DNA from: a virus
Lineage: Duplodnaviria; Heunggongvirae; Uroviricota; Caudoviricetes
Virus record (IMG/VR): IMGVR_UViG_3300012943_000001
Span: 39,743-103,742 of that record
Direction: 5' to 3' (one strand)
DNA length: 64,000 nucleotides
Positions 53,472 through 62,752 of this stretch are shown one piece after another. Numbering within the stretch: position 1 is the stretch's first letter; each line of letters opens with the position of its first letter. Both the position numbers and the translations under genes were made by a program. A model generated the notes under the pieces. The model searched no databases. It was given only the letters and a program-made list of their open reading frames with translations, and had not been told where the DNA came from.

Positions 53472-54606
53472 CGGCGTGTCTGGGCAGGACGGAAGTCATA
53501 TGGTTGACTACCTACTCGCCAATACAGACCACGATATTTATGGAGCGGTTCGTCGCCTAAGCGTAAAGAACCACGAGAATATCGCTCATATAAATAATCC
53601 AAGATTCAAGCTTATTGATATCGACTTGACCGATGCACACAGCATCACCAATGCGGTCATTAAGCTGAAGCCAGATTACTACATTAACTTGGCTGCACAG
53701 AGCTTTGTGGGCTCTTCATGGGATTTGCCACGTCAGACATTTCAGACGAACGCGACCGCAGTTCTTGACATTCTAGAGGCAATTCGCCACCACGCTCCAA
53801 ACTGCCGCTTCTATAACGCAGGCACTTCAGAAGAGTTTGGCGATGTTCAGTATTCTCCTCAAGACGAGAAGCATCCTATTCGCCCGCGTAGTCCGTACGG
53901 TGCCTCCAAGGCCGCTGCAAGGCATTTGGTGAAGGTCTATAGGGAGTCCTATGGTCTATACGCTATTCAAAGCTGGTTGTTCAACCACGAGGGTACGCGT
54001 AGGGGCGAGGAGTTTGTGACCCGTAAGATTACGAAAGGTGTAGCGAGAATCTTTGTCGATATGATGAATGGCAAAGAGATTCAGCCTATCGAGCTTGGTA
54101 ACATGTCCGCAAAGCGTGACTGGTCCGACGCCGAAGACTTTGTTGCGGGCATTTGGGCGATGCTTAATCAAGACGTATTGAACCCTGAGATTGCGGAAGG
54201 TATAGCGAAGATTGGCTTCGGTCATAATAAAGACTTCCTCCTTCCTGAAGCGGCCAAGCAAATCAAACAGCAAAATCTTTCCAAACAAATCAAAGAGTAC
54301 GTGCTCGCATCAGGTGAGACCTATACCATTGCACAGTTTGTAGAAAAGGCTTTCGAGCACGCAAACATCGACGCAGAATTGAAGTTTGAAAAAGATGGAG
54401 ACTGGTCTACAGCCAGCTTTGTAGTTAGAGGAACAAATCTTACGTTAGTGAAAACCAATCCGAAGTTCTTTAGGCCAGCAGAGGTCGAACTTCTATTGGG
54501 AGACCCAACACAGATATGTAAAGACTTGGGTTGGGTAAGAATCAATAACTTGGACGCCCTAGTAAAAAAGATGGTCATAAATGACATAGAAAAACTAAGA
54601 ACATGA
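53434..54606 (+). CDS. gmd: GDP-mannose 4,6-dehydratase
   Basis: GVSGQDG, NLAAQSFV, FYNAGTSEEFG, PRSPYGASK, FNHEG.RRG..FVTRKI, RDW, FRPAEV..LLGD. Confidence 0.95.
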   Translation: MASSQKKKVVIVSGVSGQDGSHMVDYLLANTDHDIYGAVRRLSVKNHENIAHINNPRFKLIDIDLTDAHSITNAVIKLKPDYYINLAAQSFVGSSWDLPRQTFQTNATAVLDILEAIRHHAPNCRFYNAGTSEEFGDVQYSPQDEKHPIRPRSPYGASKAAARHLVKVYRESYGLYAIQSWLFNHEGTRRGEEFVTRKITKGVARIFVDMMNGKEIQPIELGNMSAKRDWSDAEDFVAGIWAMLNQDVLNPEIAEGIAKIGFGHNKDFLLPEAAKQIKQQNLSKQIKEYVLASGETYTIAQFVEKAFEHANIDAELKFEKDGDWSTASFVVRGTNLTLVKTNPKFFRPAEVELLLGDPTQICKDLGWVRINNLDALVKKMVINDIEKLRT

Positions 54607-55181
54607 AACTAATATTCGACACAGAAACGACGGGGCTTATCAATTACAAAGCTCCAAGAATCCATCCTAGCCAGCCACGTTGCGTCCAATTAGGTGCAAT
54701 CCTTTCTGATGATAACGGTAGAGTCCTTGCGGAGCTGAATGTTATCATTAAGCCAGATGGTTGGACGGTCCCGAAGGAAGCTTCTGATGTCCACGGTATT
54801 ACCACTGAAATGTGTGAGAAGTATGGCGTGCCAATTGTTCATGCACTGAGCCTCTTTAATAGACTTGTAGGCATCGCCGATACTTTGGTTGCCCACAACT
54901 TCGATTACGATAACCAAGTCTTGGAAAATGAGTTTGCACGTATTGGCAAGCCAAACAACTTTGTAGGTAAACCATCCTTCTGCACCATGAAGGCGTCCAC
55001 AAATATTTGTGCAATCAAAGGTCCGCGTGGTAACAAATGGCCTAAACTGCAAGAGACCCACAAGTTCTTCTTCAATGAAGAGTTTGAAGGAGCCCACGAC
55101 GCTATGGCGGACGTGCGTGCGTGCAAACGTGTATTCTTCCATCTCGTACAGTTAGACATTGACTCCAAGAAAAATTCGTAG
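54603..55181 (+). CDS. DEDDh 3'-5' exonuclease (DNA Pol III epsilon-like)
   Basis: FDTETTG, VAHNFDYD, FCTM, KWPKL.E, AHDAMADV. Confidence 0.9.
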   Translation: MKLIFDTETTGLINYKAPRIHPSQPRCVQLGAILSDDNGRVLAELNVIIKPDGWTVPKEASDVHGITTEMCEKYGVPIVHALSLFNRLVGIADTLVAHNFDYDNQVLENEFARIGKPNNFVGKPSFCTMKASTNICAIKGPRGNKWPKLQETHKFFFNEEFEGAHDAMADVRACKRVFFHLVQLDIDSKKNS

Positions 55182-55195
55182 TAGAATGCGGGATT

Positions 55196-55684
55196 ATGGC
55201 AGAAAGAAAGATTCAGCTTCCCGAGCAAGAAATCATAGACACCTACAAGAAATCGGTTTGGTGGACCGTCAAGAAGCTCGCTAAGAAATACGAGACAACG
55301 GTATATCGAATCAACAAAATCCTTAAGGTTGCGGGCGTCTTAAGGCAGACCGCTCATATCGAGAAGCTTATCATCGAACGACTGCTTAAATACGAGCGTC
55401 GTTTCGACAAGAATTCCGTAGCTAGAGAGATGATGATTGCTCGAATGTTAGTTGAGCAATGCCCAGACGAAGAGTTCTGGAAACATCTAAAGATAGGATT
55501 TGAACTGAATAGTTTAGCATATCTACAAAGCGTTAAAGGTAAAGCACTTCTACGTCAAAAATATAGTGAATATAAATTTGAAATTGTGAAGGCTCCGACG
55601 CAGAATATAGGGACGGAGAAAGTGGGAGAAGACATTGTTCTTCCTAAGAAACCGCTGTCTCTAAATGACTTCTTAAAATCGTAA
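55196..55684 (+). CDS. Hypothetical protein, possible N-terminal HTH
   Basis: 162-aa ORF; TVKKLAKKYETTVYRI; preceded by TTGACT-17-TAGAAT. Confidence 0.5.
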   Translation: MAERKIQLPEQEIIDTYKKSVWWTVKKLAKKYETTVYRINKILKVAGVLRQTAHIEKLIIERLLKYERRFDKNSVAREMMIARMLVEQCPDEEFWKHLKIGFELNSLAYLQSVKGKALLRQKYSEYKFEIVKAPTQNIGTEKVGEDIVLPKKPLSLNDFLKS

Positions 55685-55687
55685 ATT

Positions 55688-56959
55688 ATGGCAAAAGAAA
55701 AAGCACCGACAGTAAAGATTAGCACGCAATATGGCGACCTCATGCAACAGAAAAGAACGTATGACCAGTTGGAGGTTAAGGTTCAGAATATCTCTACAGG
55801 AAGTTTGATATTTGACATCTTCACGGGCGGTGGGTACTCTCCCGGCATTTCCCGCTTCGTTGCCCCGCCTGAGCACGGTAAGACGCTTCAAGCTTTGACT
55901 TGGGCTAGGGAATGGTTGCTGCACTATGGCGATAAGGGCGAAGTCCATTACTTCGATTGCGAAGGTCGCTTGACACCAAAGAAACTAAACCTTAGTGGCA
56001 TCACGAAGATTAAGGGTTTTGAGGAAAGATTCACGGCCTATAAGTACAATGTCTACGATGATATTGCGGCGTTCCTGTACGACCTCACAATGAACAATCC
56101 AGAGGAGAAGCATTACTTCATTGTATTCGACTCCTTGGACATGCTTATTACAAAAGCGGACACTCAGAAGAACTTCGGTGAAGCTGAGAAGGTCGGTGCG
56201 GCACAGGTCATGTCCACTCTTCTTATGAAGAAAGTTGGCCCTTACATGGCGGATAAGGGTCACCACCTTTATATCGCATCTCAGATTCGTGCGAACATCA
56301 GCACGGGCGGCGGTAATCCAAACAGTCCTAAGACGAAGATGTCTGGTGCGAACGCACTAGCTCACGGCTCTGACCTTACTGGCGAGATTCAAAAGAACTA
56401 CGGCGGCAACGACGGTATGTTTATCTTTGAGAATCCGGGTGCAAAGACCGTCAAAGAAAAGGGTAACATCGTAGGTCACTATTGCACGATTAGATTCTTG
56501 AAGACCATGAATGAGAAGACGGGTCAGACGATTCGTATCCCAATCAAACGCGGTGCTGGCGTATGGCATGACCGTGAAGTCTGTGACCTTGCATTGGCTT
56601 ACGGACTCATCAGAAAGAAGTCTGCATGGTTTGAGCTTGATGAAGACATCGAGAAGAAGATTAACCAGTCTTTGACTGAAATCAAGAAGCTCCAATATGT
56701 TGAGCAGAAGGTTAAAGAAGAAACGGAAAAGGGTACGTCTAAAGCAGAAATCAAAAAGCTTAAAGAGCAGTTTGAAAAAGAAGCTGAGGCAGTAACCTAC
56801 ACAGTAGAGAAGAAATGGCAGGGTTACGAAAACTTATTCGCTTATCTTGAGCAGACTCCTGATGTAGTAGATTGGTTTGATAAACACTTTAGAGCGAATC
56901 TTCTTGCCAGCTCCGTCGCATTTGATTCTGACGAAGGTGGCGAAAGTGCATTCGAATGA
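55688..56959 (+). CDS. recA: RecA/UvsX-like recombinase
   Basis: ISTGSL..D...GGG, variant Walker A PPEHGKT, YFDCEG, IVFDSLD, SQIRANI, SGANAL.H, KKSAWF. Confidence 0.88.
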   Translation: MAKEKAPTVKISTQYGDLMQQKRTYDQLEVKVQNISTGSLIFDIFTGGGYSPGISRFVAPPEHGKTLQALTWAREWLLHYGDKGEVHYFDCEGRLTPKKLNLSGITKIKGFEERFTAYKYNVYDDIAAFLYDLTMNNPEEKHYFIVFDSLDMLITKADTQKNFGEAEKVGAAQVMSTLLMKKVGPYMADKGHHLYIASQIRANISTGGGNPNSPKTKMSGANALAHGSDLTGEIQKNYGGNDGMFIFENPGAKTVKEKGNIVGHYCTIRFLKTMNEKTGQTIRIPIKRGAGVWHDREVCDLALAYGLIRKKSAWFELDEDIEKKINQSLTEIKKLQYVEQKVKEETEKGTSKAEIKKLKEQFEKEAEAVTYTVEKKWQGYENLFAYLEQTPDVVDWFDKHFRANLLASSVAFDSDEGGESAFE

Positions 56960-57360
56960 GATTAAAAACTCCAAAGGGTATTCTTAGATTTAAGGATGTC
57001 TCCAAGAAGTTAGTGGACTGGGACGGTCCTAGCCGTTCCAAGTTCCAAAAAGCGGTGAAGTTTTATGTTCGACCGCTTTGGCATCATCATGTCGTCTACG
57101 AAGAGTTTCCAGTATATGGAACTTTGTTGTCCTTAGACCTCTTTAATGCGAACAAGAAAATCGCTATAGAGGTTCAGGGGCCGCATCATACAGAATTCAA
57201 CAAGGGATTTCACAAAAATCAATTCGACTATTTAGAACAATTGAAGAAAGATGAAATAAAGAGACGGTTCTGTGACATTAACGGAATTACCTTAGTAGAA
57301 ATCTTTTACGAAGAACATAAAGAATTGTCGGTTTCTTTTATGAAAGGTTTGGGATTGTAG
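56956..57360 (+). CDS. PD-(D/E)XK endonuclease (Vsr/DUF559-like)
   Basis: LDLF.....IAIEVQG.HH, D..K...C..NGI.LVEI. Confidence 0.8.
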   Translation: MRLKTPKGILRFKDVSKKLVDWDGPSRSKFQKAVKFYVRPLWHHHVVYEEFPVYGTLLSLDLFNANKKIAIEVQGPHHTEFNKGFHKNQFDYLEQLKKDEIKRRFCDINGITLVEIFYEEHKELSVSFMKGLGL

Positions 57361-57373
57361 TGTAAACTTAATT

Positions 57374-57619
57374 ATGCCAGACAAAGACAAAGAAGAAGAT
57401 TTCACGATTCCACCAAAATTCTTGAAAGAGCTTGCCGAATTTTCTAATGGCGGCTACTTTTTGCTTACATTTAGCGAGAAGGGAAGACCTGTAGTGCATT
57501 TTCATGCGGATACGGAGAAGGACCAAATCGCACTCGAAGGCTCTCTAGAACGCTACATGGACAAAATGACTCAGGAGCGTTACAAGGGCTCAAATCAAGA
57601 AGAGAACGACGAAGACTAA
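57374..57619 (+). CDS. Hypothetical protein
   Basis: 81-aa ORF preceded by GTGTAA. Confidence 0.55.
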   Translation: MPDKDKEEDFTIPPKFLKELAEFSNGGYFLLTFSEKGRPVVHFHADTEKDQIALEGSLERYMDKMTQERYKGSNQEENDED

Positions 57620-57621
57620 GG

Positions 57622-57656
57622 TTGACTTCGTTGACAAGTCTTGCTACAATAGTAGC
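57622..57656 (+). promoter_or_regulatory. Leaderless sigma70-like promoter of dnaB
   Basis: TTGACT-17-TACAAT, 6 nt, then ATG. Confidence 0.75.
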
Positions 57657-59144
57657 ATGGTATATTCTCAGGATTTAGAGAGACAGGTTCTAGGCGGACT
57701 AATCAAGTATCAGGAAGTTTATCCTGAAATCTCTTCCTTCTTAAGTGAGGAAGATTTCGCGTTTGATATCAATCGGGTCACGTTTTCAATCATAAAGAAC
57801 GCCCTTGATAACAAGCAGGTCATCGACCGTACCATTATTATTTCGCGTCTTAAGAACCTTGGCATCGCTTTCAAGGATAACATAGACCAAGCTGAGTATA
57901 TCAATGGTTTAGCTTCTCTGATTCAGGCCACGCCGAAATCTATCATCCAAGCAACTAAAGACCTCAAGACGATTACATGTCGCCGTAACTACGTAGAGGT
58001 TTGCGAGAAGATTAAAAAGAACCTTGTCAAGGGTGGCACAATGCAGTACGATGATATTGTCACGTACGTAGACAAAGAATTATACGCCAAGATGGATTCT
58101 TGGCACTCTGCGTCAGACTCAGTAGACCTGTTTGAAAATATGCAGGCTGTTGTAGAAGAGCGAGGCAACAATCCAATTGAAGATATGGGTATTCCTACGC
58201 CTTATGAATACTATAACAAACGCTACGGCGGTCTTCGTAACGGTAACGTATATGTGTTCTGTGCCCGCCCTAAACAGGGTAAGACAACATTCTTGGATTC
58301 GACTGCGTTTGCTATGGCGAACTTGAGCAAGAACAAAGTTCCTTGCCTCATTTTAGACACAGAAATGCAGACTGCGGAAATTCAAGAGCGTATGCTCTCT
58401 ATGGTTTCTGGCGTGCCTACATGGTTTATCAGTACGGGTAAATGGAGAATGGTGCCAGAATACGAGAAGAAAATTCGTCAGGCTTGGAAGTACATCAATG
58501 AAGGCGGATACAAGATGTATCACGAGTACGTCATTAACACTCCAATCGACCAGATTATCAGCAAGATTAAGAAGTGGTACTACACCAAAGTTGGTCGCGG
58601 CAATCAGTGTATTATTGTTTATGACTACATCAAGATTACTGGTGAGTCTATGTCCGAACACAATAAAGAGCACCAAGTCATCGGTGAGAAGGTTAATGCC
58701 CTAAAAGAGCTGGTAGGTAAGGAAGTGAAGGCTCCACTACTCACGGCCTGCCAAATCAATCGTAATGGCGTCAATGCGGCTCAGGACGACTCTTCTGTCA
58801 TCGCCTTGTCCGACCGCGTTCTTTGGTTCGCGTCTCAGGTCTCAATCTTCCGTAGAAAGACGGCTGAAGAGATTCAAGTCGAGACTCCTCAGTTCGGTAC
58901 ACACAAACTTATCAATATCGAGTCTCGTTGGCAGGGACAACAAGCGGCGGGCCACTTAGACTACGTTAAGAACCTTGACGGCAACCTAGTCAATAATTTC
59001 ACCAATTTCTCCATTGAGAACTTCAAAGTAACAGAGCACGCAGACGCAGAGAAAATGTATAGAGTGTTGAGCGGCGAAGTTCAATTAGAAGAAAGGCCAC
59101 CAGCAGACAATCCTTTTGAGGACGGTCCACAAGATGGAGCTTAA
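57657..59144 (+). CDS. dnaB: Replicative DNA helicase, DnaB family
   Basis: ERQVLGGL N-domain, ARPKQGKTT, LDTEM, IVYDYIK, CQINR, ALSDR. Confidence 0.93.
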   Translation: MVYSQDLERQVLGGLIKYQEVYPEISSFLSEEDFAFDINRVTFSIIKNALDNKQVIDRTIIISRLKNLGIAFKDNIDQAEYINGLASLIQATPKSIIQATKDLKTITCRRNYVEVCEKIKKNLVKGGTMQYDDIVTYVDKELYAKMDSWHSASDSVDLFENMQAVVEERGNNPIEDMGIPTPYEYYNKRYGGLRNGNVYVFCARPKQGKTTFLDSTAFAMANLSKNKVPCLILDTEMQTAEIQERMLSMVSGVPTWFISTGKWRMVPEYEKKIRQAWKYINEGGYKMYHEYVINTPIDQIISKIKKWYYTKVGRGNQCIIVYDYIKITGESMSEHNKEHQVIGEKVNALKELVGKEVKAPLLTACQINRNGVNAAQDDSSVIALSDRVLWFASQVSIFRRKTAEEIQVETPQFGTHKLINIESRWQGQQAAGHLDYVKNLDGNLVNNFTNFSIENFKVTEHADAEKMYRVLSGEVQLEERPPADNPFEDGPQDGA

Positions 59145-60243
59145 AGATTTACTTCATTCATTAGGCTACCACGAGCTTAGAGACGATGGTAGTTATTGGC
59201 GTACCCGAGCTATTTATAGAGACGGCGATAATAAAACATCGCTCCGAATCAATAAGGTTACGGGTAGGTTTGATGATTTTGTCGAAAGAATATCTGGAGA
59301 CATAGACGACTTGGTTATTCTAACCACAGGCGTATCCAGTGAAGACCTTGGAGATTTCTATCACCGCCTGAATATCAATCCTGAGACGCTGGTAACTAAA
59401 AGAGAAAAGCCTAAAATTGTTATGGAAAAAACTTGGAACATGTCTGAACTGGCAAACCTAATGCCACACTTTAAGTTCTATGAGAACAGGGGCATCTCCG
59501 CAGATACACTTAGGTTCTTCAAGAGCGGCTTCGCTCATTCAGGCTCTATGAACGAAAGGTTTGTTTTTCCAATCTTTAGGAAGGATGGGCTTATCCACGG
59601 TTGGAGTGGTAGAGATATGACGGGTAGGAAGGAAGCTAAGTGGAAACATATTGGGAGAAAGAGTAAGTGGCTCTATCCCGTCTACGTTCCTAAGACAGTC
59701 GTGAATACAGATGGCACGCCGCTTATCACATTTCCATGTCTTGAAGCAATTATGAGAACAGGGGAAGTCATCCTTGTTGAAAGTCATGGAGACATGCTTG
59801 CCCATTGGGAGCGTGGAGTCTATAACGTGATTGTCACGTTTGGTCTGACACTTTCTCCTGCACTTGGGGCATTCCTCATGAGTGCGGGTCTTAAGAGAAT
59901 TATCATTGCGTTAAACAATGACTTCTCTTCGAACAAGAACAGAGGTAAGATTGCGGCGATAGATATGTTTATCGACCTTCTATCTTACGTAGATTTCGAC
60001 AAAATCTTTGTCGTACTTCCAAAGACGAACGACTTTGGAGACATGAAAGACGAAGAATATGAGGAGTGGCAAGCCAGAAAGGCGAAGGTAAATGTTTTAC
60101 CTGTATACGCCGAAGTCTTGGACAAACTCCGATACCTTTACCAAATCAAAGAAATAACTAAAGACCAAGTAAAACTTGGCACCGCAATCAAGGAGCGTTA
60201 TGAAGAAATCAAAGCAAATCAGGCTGAGTCCGTCTCGAATTAA
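59134..60243 (+). CDS. dnaG: DNA primase (DnaG/Toprim)
   Basis: RGIS, RFVFPI, G..HGWSGR, KWKH, ILVESHGD, IALNND, LP...DFGDM. Confidence 0.85.
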   Translation: MELKDLLHSLGYHELRDDGSYWRTRAIYRDGDNKTSLRINKVTGRFDDFVERISGDIDDLVILTTGVSSEDLGDFYHRLNINPETLVTKREKPKIVMEKTWNMSELANLMPHFKFYENRGISADTLRFFKSGFAHSGSMNERFVFPIFRKDGLIHGWSGRDMTGRKEAKWKHIGRKSKWLYPVYVPKTVVNTDGTPLITFPCLEAIMRTGEVILVESHGDMLAHWERGVYNVIVTFGLTLSPALGAFLMSAGLKRIIIALNNDFSSNKNRGKIAAIDMFIDLLSYVDFDKIFVVLPKTNDFGDMKDEEYEEWQARKAKVNVLPVYAEVLDKLRYLYQIKEITKDQVKLGTAIKERYEEIKANQAESVSN

Positions 60244-61285
60244 CTCGTTAAGAGACTGTTCGTGGGCGTACTATGCGAACTATCACTTAAAGCTACCACA
60301 GACAGCCAACGATGGAAATCGAAGAGGAAATATCTGTCACGCAATTCTAGAGCTACTTGTCACCCCTAGGCATCGCCACTACGTAGAGAAAATCTTGAAT
60401 GTAGGCGACCCCTTCGCAATCCCAGCAATATCCAGATATTTGGAAGCTTATGCTAAGAAAGAAAATCTTCCATTGGACCAAATCGTCATCAACAAAGATA
60501 AGAACGGTTTGATGACGCATCGCGAAGAAATCACAAACATGCTTATCGTAGCTTTGGAGCAGAATTTCCTTGGGCAACCCAATGACGAAGTAATTGCCGA
60601 AAAGGAACATATCATCGAGGTTCACGACAAGAAGAAGGATTACTGTATCAAGGGTATCGTTGACAAGATTTTTGTTCGTAGAGATGAGAAGGGTGAGATT
60701 AACGAGGTTGAAATCGTAGACTACAAAACCTCTTCCAAGAAGTTTCCGGGCGATGAAATTGAAGGAAACATTCAGGGTCTAGTCTATCAGTTTTTTGCGA
60801 AGCGTCTATACCCTACCGCGAAGAAGATTACGTTCAGCTTCCTGTTTCTTAGATTCCCTCGCGACCCTATGCAGACAGTGCCGCAAGTACCAGATACAAC
60901 CATCGAAGGCTTAGAGCACTACCTTACGTATCTTTCCAAATACATGTCTGAGTTTACAGAAGCTCAGGCTAAAACAAATTTTGCCAAGAATGATATGGGG
61001 GCAAAGTTCTTATGTGGTCTTCACGGCAACAAGAGCTACAGGGACAAGAAGACGAAGGTAAAGATTCCTCATAATGAACCGCAGTTTATTTGTGGTCATA
61101 GAGACCCTTATGATTATTTTGCGGTGGTTGATGAAGATGGAAACAATATCCGCTCGTCTAGGACGCCAGAAGGATTGAAGCTTAAAGAAGGTGAGGTCAT
61201 GGTAAAGCGTCGTTACATGGGCTGTCCAGCTTGGCACGCCCAGACGACCAACCTTAAACGCGACTGGTCCGCTCTGCAAACTTGA
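60200..61285 (+). CDS. PD-(D/E)XK exonuclease (RecB/Cas4-like)
   Basis: LSPSRI...DC.W.YY, RGNICH..LE, KGIVDKI, IVDYKTS, Q...Y. Confidence 0.88.
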   Translation: MKKSKQIRLSPSRINSLRDCSWAYYANYHLKLPQTANDGNRRGNICHAILELLVTPRHRHYVEKILNVGDPFAIPAISRYLEAYAKKENLPLDQIVINKDKNGLMTHREEITNMLIVALEQNFLGQPNDEVIAEKEHIIEVHDKKKDYCIKGIVDKIFVRRDEKGEINEVEIVDYKTSSKKFPGDEIEGNIQGLVYQFFAKRLYPTAKKITFSFLFLRFPRDPMQTVPQVPDTTIEGLEHYLTYLSKYMSEFTEAQAKTNFAKNDMGAKFLCGLHGNKSYRDKKTKVKIPHNEPQFICGHRDPYDYFAVVDEDGNNIRSSRTPEGLKLKEGEVMVKRRYMGCPAWHAQTTNLKRDWSALQT

Positions 61286-61316
61286 CTTATTTGAAACGTC
61301 CTGTTAGAATCCTTGG
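61282..61316 (+). promoter_or_regulatory. Leaderless sigma70-like promoter
   Basis: TTGACT-17-TAGAAT, 6 nt, then ATG. Confidence 0.75.
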
Positions 61317-62090
61317 ATGAAAGTTCTTCCGTTATTTACCTCGGCTTACAGCTTCAGGTCCATCCTCACTTTGGATAAGGTTGAGAAACCGGACCCAGCG
61401 AAGCCAATAGAGCCCGGAGGTTCAGACTCCATTATCAAAATCTGCCAAGAAGAAAAGATAAAGAATCTCTACTTGGTAGAAGATAACATGGTGGGCCTCT
61501 TGGAGGCGAAGAAGAATCTAGCGAAAGATACTCAGCTATGTTTTGGGCTCAGACTGACGTTTTGCTTAGACATGACGGACAAGTCGCCTGAATCAGAAAA
61601 GACAGAGAGTAAATTTGTCATCTTCGCGAAGACGGCAGAAGGGTACTTTAGACTCACGAAGATATTTACTAAAGCAAACGTAGAAGGCTTCTTGGATAAA
61701 GCTAGAATCGACTTCAAAGCTTTGAAAGAGTTTTGGAGCGACGAAGACCTAATCTTAGCGGTTCCGTTCTACGATTCTTTCATCTTTAACAACACCTGCT
61801 TTCTCCGTAATTGCGTTCCTGATTTCAGCTATGTCAATCCCATCTTCTTTATAGAGGATAACGATATTTATTTCGACGAACTAATCAAGCAGAACATTGA
61901 GGCTTTTGATGTAGAGAACAAGTATGAGAAGGTACGTGTACAGAGTATCTACTACAGAGATAGGAAAGACTTCTTGGCGTGGCAGACCTACAAATGTATG
62001 CGTAACGAATCGACGCTTAGAGTCCCGAACCTGAATAATTGCATGAGCGATAATTTTTGTGTAGAAGCATGGAGGCAGGCAAATGAATGA
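61317..62090 (+). CDS. Stand-alone PHP domain of DNA polymerase III alpha
   Basis: FTSAYS..SIL, II......I....VEDNM.G, FGLRL, IFAK..EGY..L.KI. Confidence 0.75.
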   Translation: MKVLPLFTSAYSFRSILTLDKVEKPDPAKPIEPGGSDSIIKICQEEKIKNLYLVEDNMVGLLEAKKNLAKDTQLCFGLRLTFCLDMTDKSPESEKTESKFVIFAKTAEGYFRLTKIFTKANVEGFLDKARIDFKALKEFWSDEDLILAVPFYDSFIFNNTCFLRNCVPDFSYVNPIFFIEDNDIYFDELIKQNIEAFDVENKYEKVRVQSIYYRDRKDFLAWQTYKCMRNESTLRVPNLNNCMSDNFCVEAWRQANE

Positions 62091-62715
62091 GCATCTTTTA
62101 AGAATGAATCCTGACGCAAAGTATTGCGTCTTTGACTTTGAAACAGAAGACCTGAATCTGTACACGACGCAACCTTGGCAGTTTGCTTGTGTAGTAGGAA
62201 CGAAAGACGAGATATTGAGGGAGCACGACATTTACATGAAGTGGCCCAACTTCAACATCTCTAAGGAGGCCGAAGTCATCACCCGATTCGACCCAATGTA
62301 TTTGGAAGCCCACGGAAAGAACCCGCATGAAATCTTCCGTATTATTACTGAAGAGTTTGAAGACTGCGATTGGATTGTGGGGCACAACATCCTTGGCTTT
62401 GACATTCACGTCTACAGAAGACAGTGCAGAGTCTTGGGCATCAAACCGTATCCAATTCAAAACAAGCTGATTGATACGATGGCTTGCGGCAAAGGTATCA
62501 AGATGGAAATCCCGTACAAACCGGGCGAGAACTTCCTGAGCTACCAGATTCGACTGGCGAACGAAAGACCGCCAAAGAAAGGATTCGCAACTCTTAACGC
62601 ATTTTGTAAGCACTACGAAATCCCTGTTGACGAGACGAAACTCCACAACGCCTTGTACGACGTTCAGAAGAACTACCAAGTCTTACTTAAGATGCTCTGG
62701 AACATCGAGATATAA
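62083..62715 (+). CDS. DEDDh 3'-5' exonuclease (DnaQ-like)
   Basis: FDFETE, VGHNILGFDI, IDTM, LHNALYDV. Confidence 0.88.
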   Translation: MNEHLLRMNPDAKYCVFDFETEDLNLYTTQPWQFACVVGTKDEILREHDIYMKWPNFNISKEAEVITRFDPMYLEAHGKNPHEIFRIITEEFEDCDWIVGHNILGFDIHVYRRQCRVLGIKPYPIQNKLIDTMACGKGIKMEIPYKPGENFLSYQIRLANERPPKKGFATLNAFCKHYEIPVDETKLHNALYDVQKNYQVLLKMLWNIEI

Positions 62716-62718
62716 CGG

Positions 62719-62752
62719 TTGACTTTCCTGCAAAAACTTGTTATAATCGCCT
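62719..62752 (+). promoter_or_regulatory. Leaderless sigma70-like promoter
   Basis: TTGACT-17-TATAAT, 5 nt, then ATG. Confidence 0.75.
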
